NCBI GenBank assembly: GCA_964016885.1
Contig: OZ024757.1
Span: 24,366,001 to 24,430,000, forward strand
Direction: 5' to 3'
DNA from: Eledone cirrhosa
Lineage: Eukaryota
Length of the DNA stretch: 64,000 nucleotides
This document shows positions 29,890 to 41,884 of this stretch, piece after piece. Each line of letters begins with the position of its first letter. The stretch's first letter is position 1. Under the pieces are notes generated by a model, which made no database searches, was not told the origin of the DNA, and worked only from the letters and a program-made list of their open reading frames with translations. Made by a program: the position numbers and the translations under genes.

Positions 29890-30192
29890 GTGGTGGCGGT
29901 GGCGGTGGCGGTGGTGGTAATGGTGGAGGATGTGGTGGTGGTAATGGTGGTCGTGGATGTGGTGGTGGTGGCGGTGGTGGTGGTGGTAATGGTGGAGGAT
30001 GTGGTGGTGGTAATGGTGGTCGTGGATGTGGATGTGGTGGTGGTGGTGGTGGTAATGGTGGAGGATGTGGTGGTGGTAATGGTGGTCGTGGATGTGGTGG
30101 TGGTGGTGGTAATGGTGGAGGATGTGGTGGTGGTAATGGTGGTCGTGGATGTGGTGGTGGTGGTGGTGGTGGTAATGGTGGCGGTGGTGGAG
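29890..30192. repeat. (GTG)n-based higher-order repeat
   Basis: Repeated gtggtaatggtggaggatgtggtggtggtaatggtggtcgtggat. Confidence 0.9.
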
Positions 30193-30363
30193 GGTTTTGC
30201 TGTTTTATCTCACTACACTGTCACTACACTATCACAAGTATTTCTAGATATTCTCTCAATATATTTGTATATATGTGTTGGGTGTGTTTGTGTTTAAATA
30301 TGTGTCTGTGTGTATCTTTATATATATATATATATAATGTATATATATACACTCATATATATA

Positions 30364-30397
<34 letters not shown>

Positions 30398-30403
<6 letters not shown>

Positions 30404-30792
30404 GTGTTAAACAATATTCAATGATTATGTCAAAGAATGAGTTTTACAGTAGATTGGAAGCACTCAACGGTAAAAAAATAATTTTCTGGAGTTATTAATA
30501 TTATAATATAAGTATTAATAAAATAGATGTTCTTTTGATCAATTACATTTTATTATACATATTTCGGATGTACAACAGTACGTCCTCATCAGACAAAATA
30601 TAATGATACATGACACACCCTGAGATGTTAAATGGTTAATTGATTAAATCTTAACCATTTAACATCTCAGGGTATGTCATGTATCATTATATTTTGTCTG
30701 ATGAGGACGTACTGTTGTACATCCGAAATATGTATAATAAAATGTAATTGATCAAAAGAACATCTATTTTATTATTACTTATATTATAATAT
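30398..30792. mobile_element. Fold-back element, family C, with two hammerheads (30547-30599 minus, 30691-30743 plus)
   Basis: Arms ~30498-30639/30651-30792; attttgt-CTGATGA-ggacgtac-tgtt-gtacatcc-GAAA-tatgta-TA-ataaaat; tail on the left; related to 5925-6240. Confidence 0.85.
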
Positions 30793-30965
30793 ATATATAT
30801 ATATATATTGACTTAGAAACTCAAAATAGTCTTTTACAATTAAATAGCTCAAGGAAGGAAATCTTTCCGAGCTCTAACTTGGTCATTTGCAATTGGAACA
30901 CATGTATACTTGTATCGGTGTTCATCCCTCTCATATATTCAATTGTGTATATGTATATAGGAAAG

Positions 30966-31898
30966 TGTTCATCGGCGCCACCTCTCTATCACGAGAACGG
31001 CTCGACTGTTTTCTTTCTTTTGTCCAATCTTTCCATCCTGCTCTCAATTTCACCGCCTCCGCCTCCGATTCTTCTGTCGCTTTTCTAGATATCTCTCTAT
31101 CTATTAAGCACCCCTTCTTTGTGCTCCTGAGGAGAAGGGTTGCACACTTTTTTTCGGGGGTGTGTGCGACCCCCAAAGCGCCTCCTCTTTATTGAGGATT
31201 TTGTTATAAATTTTATCTTGTTATATTTTATTTTATTTTTATATTTTGTTATTGCCTACTCCTTATTGAGGACGCCTTGTTATGTAAACTTCCCCCATTG
31301 TACTTGTCCCACTTTTTGATGCCCTGGTGGCAAATAAAAAGAAAATTATCTATTAATCACTCTCACCACACCCTCTCTACTTCCATCTTCATTAAACCAA
31401 CAGACTCTCAATCTTACCTCCTCCCACACCAAACACTCCATACCCTATTCCCAATTCCTCCGTCTTCGTCGGTTCTGTAGCCAGGACGACGATTTCGAAA
31501 CCCATTCCCTTCGCATGGCTTCCTGCTTCACCCAGCGTGGATATCCTCTCACCCTCATCCAAGCTGCTCTCACCCGCGCCCGTGAAACAGACCACACCAT
31601 AGCCCTCTCACCTCACCCCCCAACCTCCCAGCGCTCGTGTTCTTTTCCTTCTCACCTACCACCCCATCACCTTACCACTCCGGCGACATATCCTCCGTTC
31701 CTTCCGTATCCTCTCTTCTGACCCCCGTCACTTCTCGCTTTTTTCCAAACCCACCCATTACTGCTTTTAAGCGCGCCCGCAACCTCTGCGATCTCCTGGT
31801 TCGCGGTTCCTTCTCGTCCTCTCCCACGACTCCACCCGGCTCTCATCCTTGTTCCCGTTTCCGCTGCAACACTTGTCCCTTCATTTCCACCCTCACCG
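30966..31898 (+). mobile_element. Penelope-like element RT C-terminus and linker, decayed
   Basis: FHPALNFT...VAFLDISLSI, STSIFIKPTDSQSYL, IPYSQFLRLRRFCS, FTQRGYP, PITAFKRARNLCDLLVR, CSRFRCNTCPFI. Confidence 0.88.
31108..31346 (+). mobile_element. 5'-truncated LINE 3'UTR inserted in the Penelope RT
   Basis: TSD tatctattaa at 31098-31107 and 31347-31356; A-rich end aaataaaaagaaaa. Confidence 0.75.
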
Positions 31899-32406
31899 AT
31901 TTTTTTCAAACTTTACATGTGTATTACTTATGTTTCAGAGAGTGTTAGGCACATACAATTCAACTTTTTGATCCCCTAGGGCGCGCATTAGGTGAAAAAT
32001 TGGGTTTTCTCAGCTTTTTTAGGGGTTTTTTGAGGCGTTACGTCAGACTGATTTCCTTGAAATTGTAACTATGTATTAGTCAGTCTCTTCTTCATACCGT
32101 GAGCAATGAAAATTCAACTTTTTTATGGCCTAGGGCCCGTATTAGGTGAAAAACTTCATTTTTTCCAGCTTTTTAGGGCTTTTTTGAAGCGTTACGTCTA
32201 GCCGATTTTCCCGAAATTTCAAGGCATATTATGCACATAAAAAAAAAATCATTTTTTTTTATCCCCTAGGGCCCGCATTAGGTGAAAACCTGCATTTTTC
32301 CTGCCTCATCGAGGAAAATCCTAAAGATTTTTTTCCATGATTAGGTCTGTTGGCGGCCCACGTTCCAAAATACCTTATCCCGTGCCACGCCGGGTACCAC
32401 TGCTAG
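31899..32406 (+). mobile_element. Non-autonomous Helitron 3' portion with internal repeats
   Basis: Three copies of cctagggc(g/c)cg(c/t)attaggtgaaaa; hairpin cccgtgccacgccggg then CTAG (32403-32406) and T. Confidence 0.8.
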
Positions 32407-33055
32407 TATACAGTATATTGTGGTAGCTGTCCCTTTATACGGCTGCTGTTACATCTAATAAAAAGGCTGGGTTTGTCTTTTGACGTCCTTAATATACAGT
32501 ATATTGTGGTAGCTGTCCCTCTATACAGCCCACAGGTACGTCTAATATAATGTTGGGTCTGTCTCTCGCACGATACGGCCCACAGTTGCAGCTTATAAAA
32601 GGTTGACCTGTTTTTTAACATCCCAAGAACTGGGGTCATCTGTCAATGGCACACTTCACCTCTACCTCTCTCCTTCCCTATAGCCACACTCTTAAACCTG
32701 GAATCAATCAAGGTACGTATATATATGTATGTCTATATATATATGTATGTATATATATACATATGTGTATATGCATATGCATGTATATATATGTGTATGT
32801 ATATATATGTATGTATATATGTATATGTATGCATATATATGTGTGTATATATATATGTATATGTATGTATATATATATGTATATATATGTATATATATAT
32901 GTATATATAAATGTGTATATGTATATATGTATATGTATATATATATGTGTATATGTGTATATATATATATGTATATGTATATATATGTGTGTGTATATGT
33001 ATATATATATATGAATATATGTATATGTATATATATATATATGTATATATATATG

Positions 33056-33166
<111 letters not shown>

Positions 33167-33439
33167 GTATATGTATAGATATATATGTATATGTATAGAT
33201 ATATATATATATGTATATGTATAGATATATATATATATGTATATGTATATGTATAGATATATATATGTATGTATATATATATACATATATAGGCATAATT
33301 ACGTCTTCAAGAAGATGCCTCGCATTTATTCACCTTAGGTGGACAGAGCCTTCACCAGGAGGTGTTGATGTCACCCAGCGGTGTCCTACTTTCCTTGGAT
33401 GTTTCCACCCTCAACCGTATCACCCTCCCGCTGGTAGGT

Positions 33440-34368
33440 CAGCAGTGGTGACCTAATTACTGCCCATCTTCGCCTCCTGCTCTAAAATGCAACAAGAGGC
33501 CATTTCTGATACCTCCCCGCATCCTGCCAACTGCAGCCATCTTCCCTCTTCCTATCATTCCAATGGCAGTGGCCATTCTCTATATCATGAGTAAGCCGGG
33601 AATCCCCTGTAGCCCACCTCCACCCTCGTTATCTTCTGGGGCTCTCCTTTCTTTGATTTCGGTTTAAAGTGGAGCTTGAGTCTGCAGCGTACGAGGCGAT
33701 GGTCGGTGTGACATTCGGCACTGGGCATCACTCTGCTGTGTACGAGGTCTTTCAGGTCACATCAGCGCCCTAGGATATAATCAATGATGTGCCAGTGTTT
33801 GGAACAAAGATGTATGCAGGTTGTTTTGAAACGGTCCTTCTGCTGCAAGATTATCTGCTTTGCAGAACTCTGCCAACAAGCATCCTCTGTCATTGCAGTT
33901 ACCAACGCCCTGTCTCATAAGCAATCCCTCCCAGGCTATTGAATCTCGGCCGATGGCGTTGAAATGTCCACAGGGGTGACCTGTAAGAGACTGTGCACAT
34001 CAAAGTAAAATTTGTTCTTGTCTGCAGGATCTGCTTGAAGAGTGTGGTATATAGTTGATTACTGAGTGGGACCGACATAGAGATAATGCGGTCAGAATGA
34101 CCTGTTGGCAGATTTTCAAGCTTGGAAGTGATAGAACTCCTGACCATGAAACCCACTCCTGAAAGGCGTCTCACTGCTGCTGGTTTACTTGACCAGTAGA
34201 GGGTGTATCTGGTGCCATGGTCTTGTAGGTGGCCTTCCTCTGGGAATTGAACCTCACTGAGAGCAGCGATATCAACATTCAGTGTTGACAGTTGGTGTGG
34301 AATTAGAACAGATTGACAAACTCTGGGTGGTTGTGTCAAGTAAGGTCTTGAGGGTCCAGCATGTGATT
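33440..34368 (-). mobile_element. RTE LINE APE-endonuclease fragment (duplicate at 48396-49290)
   Basis: LSTLNVDIAALSEVQFPEEG...YTLYWSSKP...GVGFMVRS...DRIISM. Confidence 0.85.
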
Positions 34369-34552
34369 TTTGGTCCATTGCCGCTAGGGTCTACAGTCCA
34401 ATTACACGATCGCCGCCCCCTACATATGTTAGGTAAGTGTGTAATTAAAGTTACATGCGGCGTTTTTGCACATATAAATGCGCATATCTGATGAGATATC
34501 GAGGTAGATATATATAGCGGCCCACAGTTATATCTAATATAATTGTTATATA

Positions 34553-34712
34553 CTATTGGCACAAGGCCAGCAATTACCCAGTACATTACTGGTACTTTAT
34601 TTTATCGACCCCGTAAGGATGAAAGGCGAAGTTAACCTCGGCGGGATTTGAACTCAGAATGGCAAGGGTCGTAACTCTATGCGTCAAAGCATGGCGTCCG
34701 ACTCTCTACCGA
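34553..34712 (-). mobile_element. Family 1 SINE (duplicate at 50211-50370)
   Basis: Reverse complement of 771-954. Confidence 0.85.
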
Positions 34713-34899
34713 TAATGTAATGTTAGGTCTGTCTGTCTATCCATACAACCTGAGATACTTTCTTTACATACTTGAAGGTTCTTATTACATTTATGATACT
34801 TAGAACCCTTGATGGTTAATTAGATTCTTGGGAGACAGTTGAATTCGAACCTTAGATACTTCCTTTACATTCTTGATACTTAAAACCCTTGATGGTTAC

Positions 34900-36060
34900 T
34901 ACATTTTTAGACAACCCACAATTACATATAATATAAGGATGTGTCTGTGTTTTAACGTCCCAGATATACAGTAGTTTGTAATAGCTACCCCTCCATACAG
35001 TCTATAGTTATATCTAAAGATGGGCCTGTCCTTTAACGTCCCTGATATACAGTAGTTTGTAATAGCTACCCCTCCATACAGTCTATAGTTATATCTAAAG
35101 ATGGGCCTGTCCTTTAACGTCCCTGATATATAGTAGATTGTGGTAGCTGTTGGGTCTGTCTGTCTATACTTACAACCCACAATTACATCTAATATAAAGA
35201 TGTGTCTGTCTTTTAACGTCCCAGATATACAGTAATTTGTAATAGCTACCCCTCCATACAGTCTATAGTTATATTTAAAGATGGGCCTGTCTTTTAACAC
35301 CACTGATATACAGTAGATTGTGGGTTTGGGTCTGTCTCTCGCTCCATACGGCCCACAGTTGCAGCTTATAAAATGTTAGGCCTGTTTTTTAACGTCCAAA
35401 GAACTGGGGTCATCTGTCAATGGTACACTTCACCGTCCATCAAGGTACGTATTAGTCACATTTGTGTCTATATTTTTAATTATTTGTTGACAAAATAATA
35501 TATGTAAACGGCATAAATGGAAGTAATTCCGGTGTGAATATATTTTTCATTTGAAAATTAAGACGTTATATAAGACAGTATATTGTAATAGCTACCCCTC
35601 CATACAGTCTATAGTTAAATCTAAAGATGGGCCTGTCTTTTAAAGTCCCTGATATACAGTATATTGTAATAGCTACCCCTCCATGCGGTCTATAGTTAAA
35701 TCTAAAGATGGGCCTGTCTTTTAACATCCCTGATATACAGTAGATTGCGGTAGCTGTCCCTCCATACATCAGCTGTTACATCTAATATAAGGTCTGTGTG
35801 TCTCTGTCTTTTAATGTCCCTGTTATACAGTACATTGTGGTAGCTCTACCTCCATACGGCCCACAGTTACATCTAAGGCTGGATCTGTCTTTTAACGTCC
35901 TTTATATACAGTATATTGTGTTGGCTTTCTCCTCTCTACATCCCACAGTTACATCTATGGGTGGGCCTCTCTTTTAACGTCCCTGTTATACAGTGTTAGC
36001 TGTTCCCCCTCTCAGCCCACAATTACATGTAATATAACAATAGGTCTGTCTTTATGCACA
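34900..36060. repeat. ~80-bp degenerate satellite (also at 32407-32640, 50570-50960 and 52960-53690)
   Basis: Unit ctgtcttttaacgtccctgatatacagtatattgtaatagctacccctccatacagtctatagttatatctaaagatgggc. Confidence 0.9.
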
Positions 36061-37142
36061 TATAAACTCGCATATCTGATGAGATATCGAGGCAGAGCCG
36101 GGCCCCTGTCATTATGATGGTACCCTGAATCTAGGGTGTGTCTCCTATGAGGTTTTTTCGGCTAACTTGTGAGTTTATCGGTTGTGGTGGTAGTGGTGTA
36201 GTGGTGGTTGTTGTTGGAGTGTGGTGGTTGTTGTGTTGGTTGTTGTAGAAAAATATAGTAAGGTTTGTTGTTGTGACTGTTGTAGTTGTTGTGGTGGTGG
36301 TGGTGGTGTGGTATGGTGGTGTAGTGTGGAGGTGTTTGTGATGGTGGTGGTGGTGTGGTGGTGGTAGTGGTGATGGGTGGTGGTGTTGGTGGTGGTGGTG
36401 GTGGTGTGGGTGGTGGTGTGGTCGTGTGGGTGGTGGTGGTGTGGTGGTTTGGATGTATTTTTCTTATTCATCACGTTGATGGTTACTCTTGGTGTAGTGG
36501 TTGTGGTTTTCTTATTCATGTTTGTAGTTGTTGTGGTGGTAGTGTGGTGGTGGTTGTTGTGGTGGTGTTTGTAGTTTTCTTATTAATGTTTGTAGTTGTT
36601 GTGGTGGTAATGTGGTGGTGGTGGTGGTGGTTTTCTTATGTTTGTAGTTGTTGTGGCGCTGTTGTAGTTGTTAAGGTTTGGTTGTATTATTTCTTATTCA
36701 CCATATTGTTGGTACTGTAGTTGTTGTTGTGGTTATTGTTCATGTTTGTGTGGTTAACTGTTGTTAGTATTATACATTTTACTAATATATTTTACTGTGT
36801 TGTCGTTGTAGTTGTGCATCTGCTTTTGACTTGGAATCTACGGATGAATGCCCTTCCTAATGGCAACCACATTTACAGAGTGGACCGAGTGCTTCTTGTC
36901 GTGACACCTACATGATCACTTTAGAGTGTAGACTGGTCACACATCATCATCATCATTGTTTAACGTCCATTTTCCACGCTAGCATGGGCAGGATGGTCTG
37001 ACCCTTTGGGAAGAGAATCAGGTCAGAGGGCTCTGTTTCGCTCACCCAGAGGTGATTTTGGTTTGGTTTCTACAGCTGGATGTCCTTCCTAACACCAACC
37101 ACATTTACAGTGCATATATATATACATATATCTACACACAGA

Positions 37143-37234
<92 letters not shown>

Positions 37235-37515
37235 CTACAGACACAGACATTTATATATATATAAGTGAAATAAAAAATAGAGCAAGAAACCAGGACTATC
37301 CATCATCAGTGATCTTCTGGCCATCATCGGTATTTCTTCACATTAAAGACCAGATACCTCAAGACAGTGCGAGCAATAACTAAAATAAGTTATTGGGATA
37401 AAAAGAATTAGGTGGAGAAAGAGAGACATGTAAACAAACACGAATGGTGAGGCAACGTAAAGAGAGTACATTCGCAACAACGCAGCACGCCATTTTTCAT
37501 TTATATATATATATA

Positions 37516-37857
37516 TGGCGGCACATGGCTTAGTGGTTAGAGCATTGGCCTTTCAATCGAAAGGTTGTGAGTTCAATTCTCACTGGGTGATGTGTTGTTT
37601 CTTTGAGCAAGACACTTTATTTCACATTGCTCCAGTTTACTCAGCTGTAGAAATGAGATGATAGGGACTGGGGTCCCTATCATTTCACTTCAAAGTGGTC
37701 GTGGAGGTGCCACAGAACGAAAAGCACCCAGCACTCACTGTAAATGAGGTTGGTGTTAGGAAGGGCATCCAGCTGTAGAAATCAAGCCAGAATCAGTTCC
37801 CGTCCCACCCTTGCAAGCAGGGAGAAGCGGACGTAAAATGATGATGGTGATGATGAT
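37516..37857 (+). mobile_element. Family 2 SINE, present only in duplication copy 1
   Basis: Homologous to 26818-27167; absent at the equivalent site near 56100. Confidence 0.85.
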
Positions 37858-38396
37858 ATAATATCTACAGACACAGATATTTATACATAGGTATATATAT
37901 ACATGTCATCATCATCGTTTAACGTCCATCTTCCACGCTTGCATGGGTTTGGACGGTATATATATATGTATGTTGTTTGTAAAATATTCAGCTCAGGGCT
38001 ACAAGATGTATAAAATACAGTCAGTGTGTATATATATATATATATGTATAGCCAGTGTGTGTGTATATATGTGCGCCTGTGTATATGTATATGTGTGACA
38101 ATGTTTATAGATATATATGCCAGTGTGTGTATATATATATATATATATGTGTGTGTTTGTGGATGTGTGTGGCTGTGTGTATATATATGTGGGACTATCT
38201 GTGTATATATATATGTGCCTGTGTGTATATGGCTGTGTGTGTGTGTGACTATCTGTGTATATATATGTGCCTGTGTGTATATATATGTGACTATCTGTGT
38301 ATATATATATATATGTGCCTGTGTGTGTGTATATATATATATATGTGTGCCTCTGTGTGTATATATATGCACCTGTGTGTGTTTATACATATATAT

Positions 38397-41300
38397 ATGG
38401 TGTTAGGAAGGGCATCCAACTAGTGTATCAATGCCAAAACAATTATAAACACAGCAACAAGTATATAGGAACAACAACAAAAATATGAAGACGTCGCATC
38501 TCAGAGTTGCAACACTTAATGTTGGCACTCTCAGAGGTAGATCTGCTGCAATAGCGGAGATGCTGGAGAGAATGCATGTGGATGTGTGCTGCGTGCAAGA
38601 GGTGAGATGGAGAAGTGCCTCTGCGAGACAAGTCGCAGGCAAACATCTTAGCTATAAGCTTTTCTGGGTAGGTAAGGATGATGGGTTAGGGGGAGTAGAC
38701 ATTTTCCTGGCAGAGAGATGGATTAATAAGACAATAGAGGTAGTTCGAGTTAATAATCAAATAATTACGCTTAGATTAGTTGTAGGCAGGAGACTACTGA
38801 CAATCATCTTTGGCCTATGCTCCCCAAGCAGGCCTAGGCAAAGAAGAGAAAGACTGCCTTTACGAGCAACTTTTACAAACAACCGCAATGTCAGAAGACG
38901 GAGACATCATTATGCTAGCAGGGGACTTCAATGGTCATGTTGGACAGCTCCAGGATGGTTACACTGGGGTACATGGTGGGCACGGTTACGGCTCAAGAAA
39001 TAAAGAAGGAATGAGACTTTTTGAATTTTGTGATGCAAATACACTGACTATTTGCAACACTAGCTTCCAGAAACCTGCCAACCACCTAATAACCTACAAA
39101 TCAGGTGAACACATAAGCCATATTGACTTCTTACTAGTTAGGCAGCGGGACAGGCAGATGGTGTCAAATACCAAAGCATACCCTGGGGAAGAATGTACCC
39201 CACAGCATAGGTTAGTGATATCTCATTAAGCAAGAGATGGAATGAGTCATACAGGAAAGTGTGGAGAAGAAAGGTCTGGAAGCTAAAAGACCTTTCCCTA
39301 AAATACAAATTTAGGAAAGCCCTTCAAGATGTGTATGACAAAAAAGAAGACGATTTAGAGACATATGACATAGATAATAACTGGAATTTCTTACATGACA
39401 ACTTACTGCAGGCTACTGATGAAACTTGTGGTTGGAGCTCTCAGACAGAGAGTGACTTGGTGGTGGAACAGCACAGTAGATAAGGCCATTAGAGACAAAA
39501 GACTAGCATGGAAAAGGGTGGGAGTAGAGAAGGATATACAGCTGCTAAGGGAGAAGCTAGACGTCAGGTGTACTTAGCACACAGGGAGGCTGAGAGTAGG
39601 AGGTTTGCCAATGTTCTGCGATGGGCAGATCAGAGGCACGCAGTGTTCCACATTGCAAGGCAGTGTGTCAATGCAAATCAGGATGTTGTTGGAGATAAAT
39701 GTGTCCGGAATGATGCCGGTGTACTTAGTGTCACGAATGATCAGAAAAAGGAGGCCTGGAAATGTCATTATGAGAGACTGATGAATGTGGAGAACGAATA
39801 GGAGAGAGAAAAATTACCCTCAGTAGATCCGACAGAGGGACCAGCTATTGAGATTGATGAATATAGGGTCCAAGAGGTGATTAAGGAAATGAAAAATGGT
39901 AAGGCTGCTGGACCGTTGGGTATAGTTGCTGAGATGCTGAATGCATCAGTGGACGTAGGCACTAAACTTACACGCATGATCAATCAGGCTATATATGGTG
40001 GTGTCATACCCAAAGACTGGTGCAGCAGTATTCTCATAAATTGCTATAAAGGTAAAGGGGATGCTCTGGAGAGGAGCAATTATAGGGGTATAAATCTGCT
40101 GGATCAGGTTATAAAAGTGGCAGAAAGGATATTAGCACAACTAATTAGAGAAAGGGTCAAACTAGATGAGATGCAGTTTGGTTTTGTGCCTGGGAAAAGT
40201 ACAACAGATGCCCTCTTCTTGGTGAGACAATTACAAGAGAGGTTCTTAAAGAAGAATAAGCCACTATACTTAGCCTTTGTTCATCTAGAGAAGGCCTTTG
40301 ATAGGGTACCCCGATCTGTCATCTGGTGGTCCCTAAGGAAACTAGGTGTTGAAGAATGGCTTGTGAGGACAGTGCAAACTTTGTACAGAGGTGCTGTCAG
40401 TAAAGTCAGGGTATGAATGGAGTTTAGTGAGGAATTCCAGATACAAGTAGGAGTACATCAAGGTTCAGTCCTCAGCCCGCTCTTGTTCATTATAGTCTTC
40501 CAAGCCATAACAGAGGAGTCTAAGACTGGCTGTCCATGGGAGCTTCTCTATGCTAACAATCTGGTTTTTATAACAGAATCAGTAGAGGAGCTATAGAATA
40601 AATTCTGGCTATGGAAACAGAAGCTGGAATCAAGGGGACTGAGAGTGAACCTAGGTAAGACAAAAGTGTTGAATAGAAAAGAGGACAAAACTCTGATTCC
40701 GTCAGGGAAAAGGCCATGTTTGATATGCAGAAAAGGAACTGGCATATATTCTATAAAATGTACGCAATGCAGATCCTGGGTATACAAGAGAGGTAGTGGG
40801 ATAGCAGGCTAACTAACAGATAGGGAGAAATATGTATGCAGTAGATGCACAGGGAAATTAGACAGTAGAAGTTGCATTGATAGACACATTTTTCAAATGC
40901 ATGGGAGGGGGGGGGTCCAAGGCCAGATCATCTTGAATAAGGACGGGTTGGAAGAAGTTTATGGATCTGCTTGCTCTGCTGATGAAGAAGGGTTTCTCCC
41001 TGAGTACGAAAGGCCAGTTATATGATGCCTGTGTGAGGAGCGTGATGCTGCATGGTAGTGAGACATGGGTAGCAACTGCAGAGGATATGCGACGGCTGGA
41101 GAGGAATGAGGCAAGCATGCTCCGTTGGATGTGCAGTGTAAATGTGCGTGAACGACCCAGCATGAATGTGTTGAGAGAGAAACTGTGTCTGAGAGGGATA
41201 GAATGTAGTGTGCGAGAGAGGAGACTGAGGTGGTTTGGACATGTGATGCGCGTGGAGGATGACCGATGGGTGAAGAAGTGCCAGTTGAAGGAAGACGTCG

Positions 41301-41456
41301 TAGAGGAAGACCACGAAAAACATGGGTGGAAGTGGTGAGAGCAGACCTCAGATTGCTGAAGCTCACAGTGGAGGATGACGAAGGACCGTGATAAGTGGAA
41401 AGATGCTGTGCTGAATAGGACCCGTCCCACCCTTGCAATCAGGGAAAAGCGGACGT
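38397..41456 (+). mobile_element. Near-full-length decayed RTE-clade LINE (APE + RT)
   Basis: LRVATLNVGTL, VCCVQEVRW, AYAPQ, GDFNGHVG, IDFLLVR, PQHRLV, NYRGINLL, QFGFVPGKSTTDA, LEKAFDRVPR, RLRWFGHVMR; several stops and frameshifts. Confidence 0.95.
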
Positions 41457-41589
41457 TTCCACTGCAAGTTTGAAGAAAAGGGTTGTTAAAGTTAACAGAT
41501 ACAAGGTAATAAAATGACCATTACTGTTGCTTTGGATTAGGACAATGGGATTGGTGAGTTAATATCTGTATGCAAAAACTACAACGGTA

Positions 41590-41860
41590 CTTGATGGGGC
41601 CCACCCACAAGCCCCGACGGACAGAATGGACAAGGCATTTCCCCGGAGGACGGCAAGGGAGACACGCTGGAAAAGCCACTCCAACTCGCGAGGGCTCACA
41701 CCTGCAACTGGCCAGCTCAGCGCCTATGGTGGTGGAGTAAGGAAGTACCCCTGGGTCCGAGGACACCAGAAGTCTCCACTGCCAGGGGTACAACATACCG
41801 CAAACCTGTCGGAGAGCAACCAGTATTTGTGGAGTTTAGCCCCCTCAGCTCGACGTGCAA
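41590..41860 (-). mobile_element. CRE-like 3' fragment (duplicate at 59325-59595)
   Basis: Homologous to 8121-8380. Confidence 0.7.
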
Positions 41861-41884
41861 GGTAAATATTGTAGTGGATGCCGT

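Noticed and set aside
36175-36720. Thr/His-rich ORF as a second mucin exon
   Set aside because: (GTG/GTT)n low complexity; the duplicate at 53810-54160 has lost most of it and no splice context was seen
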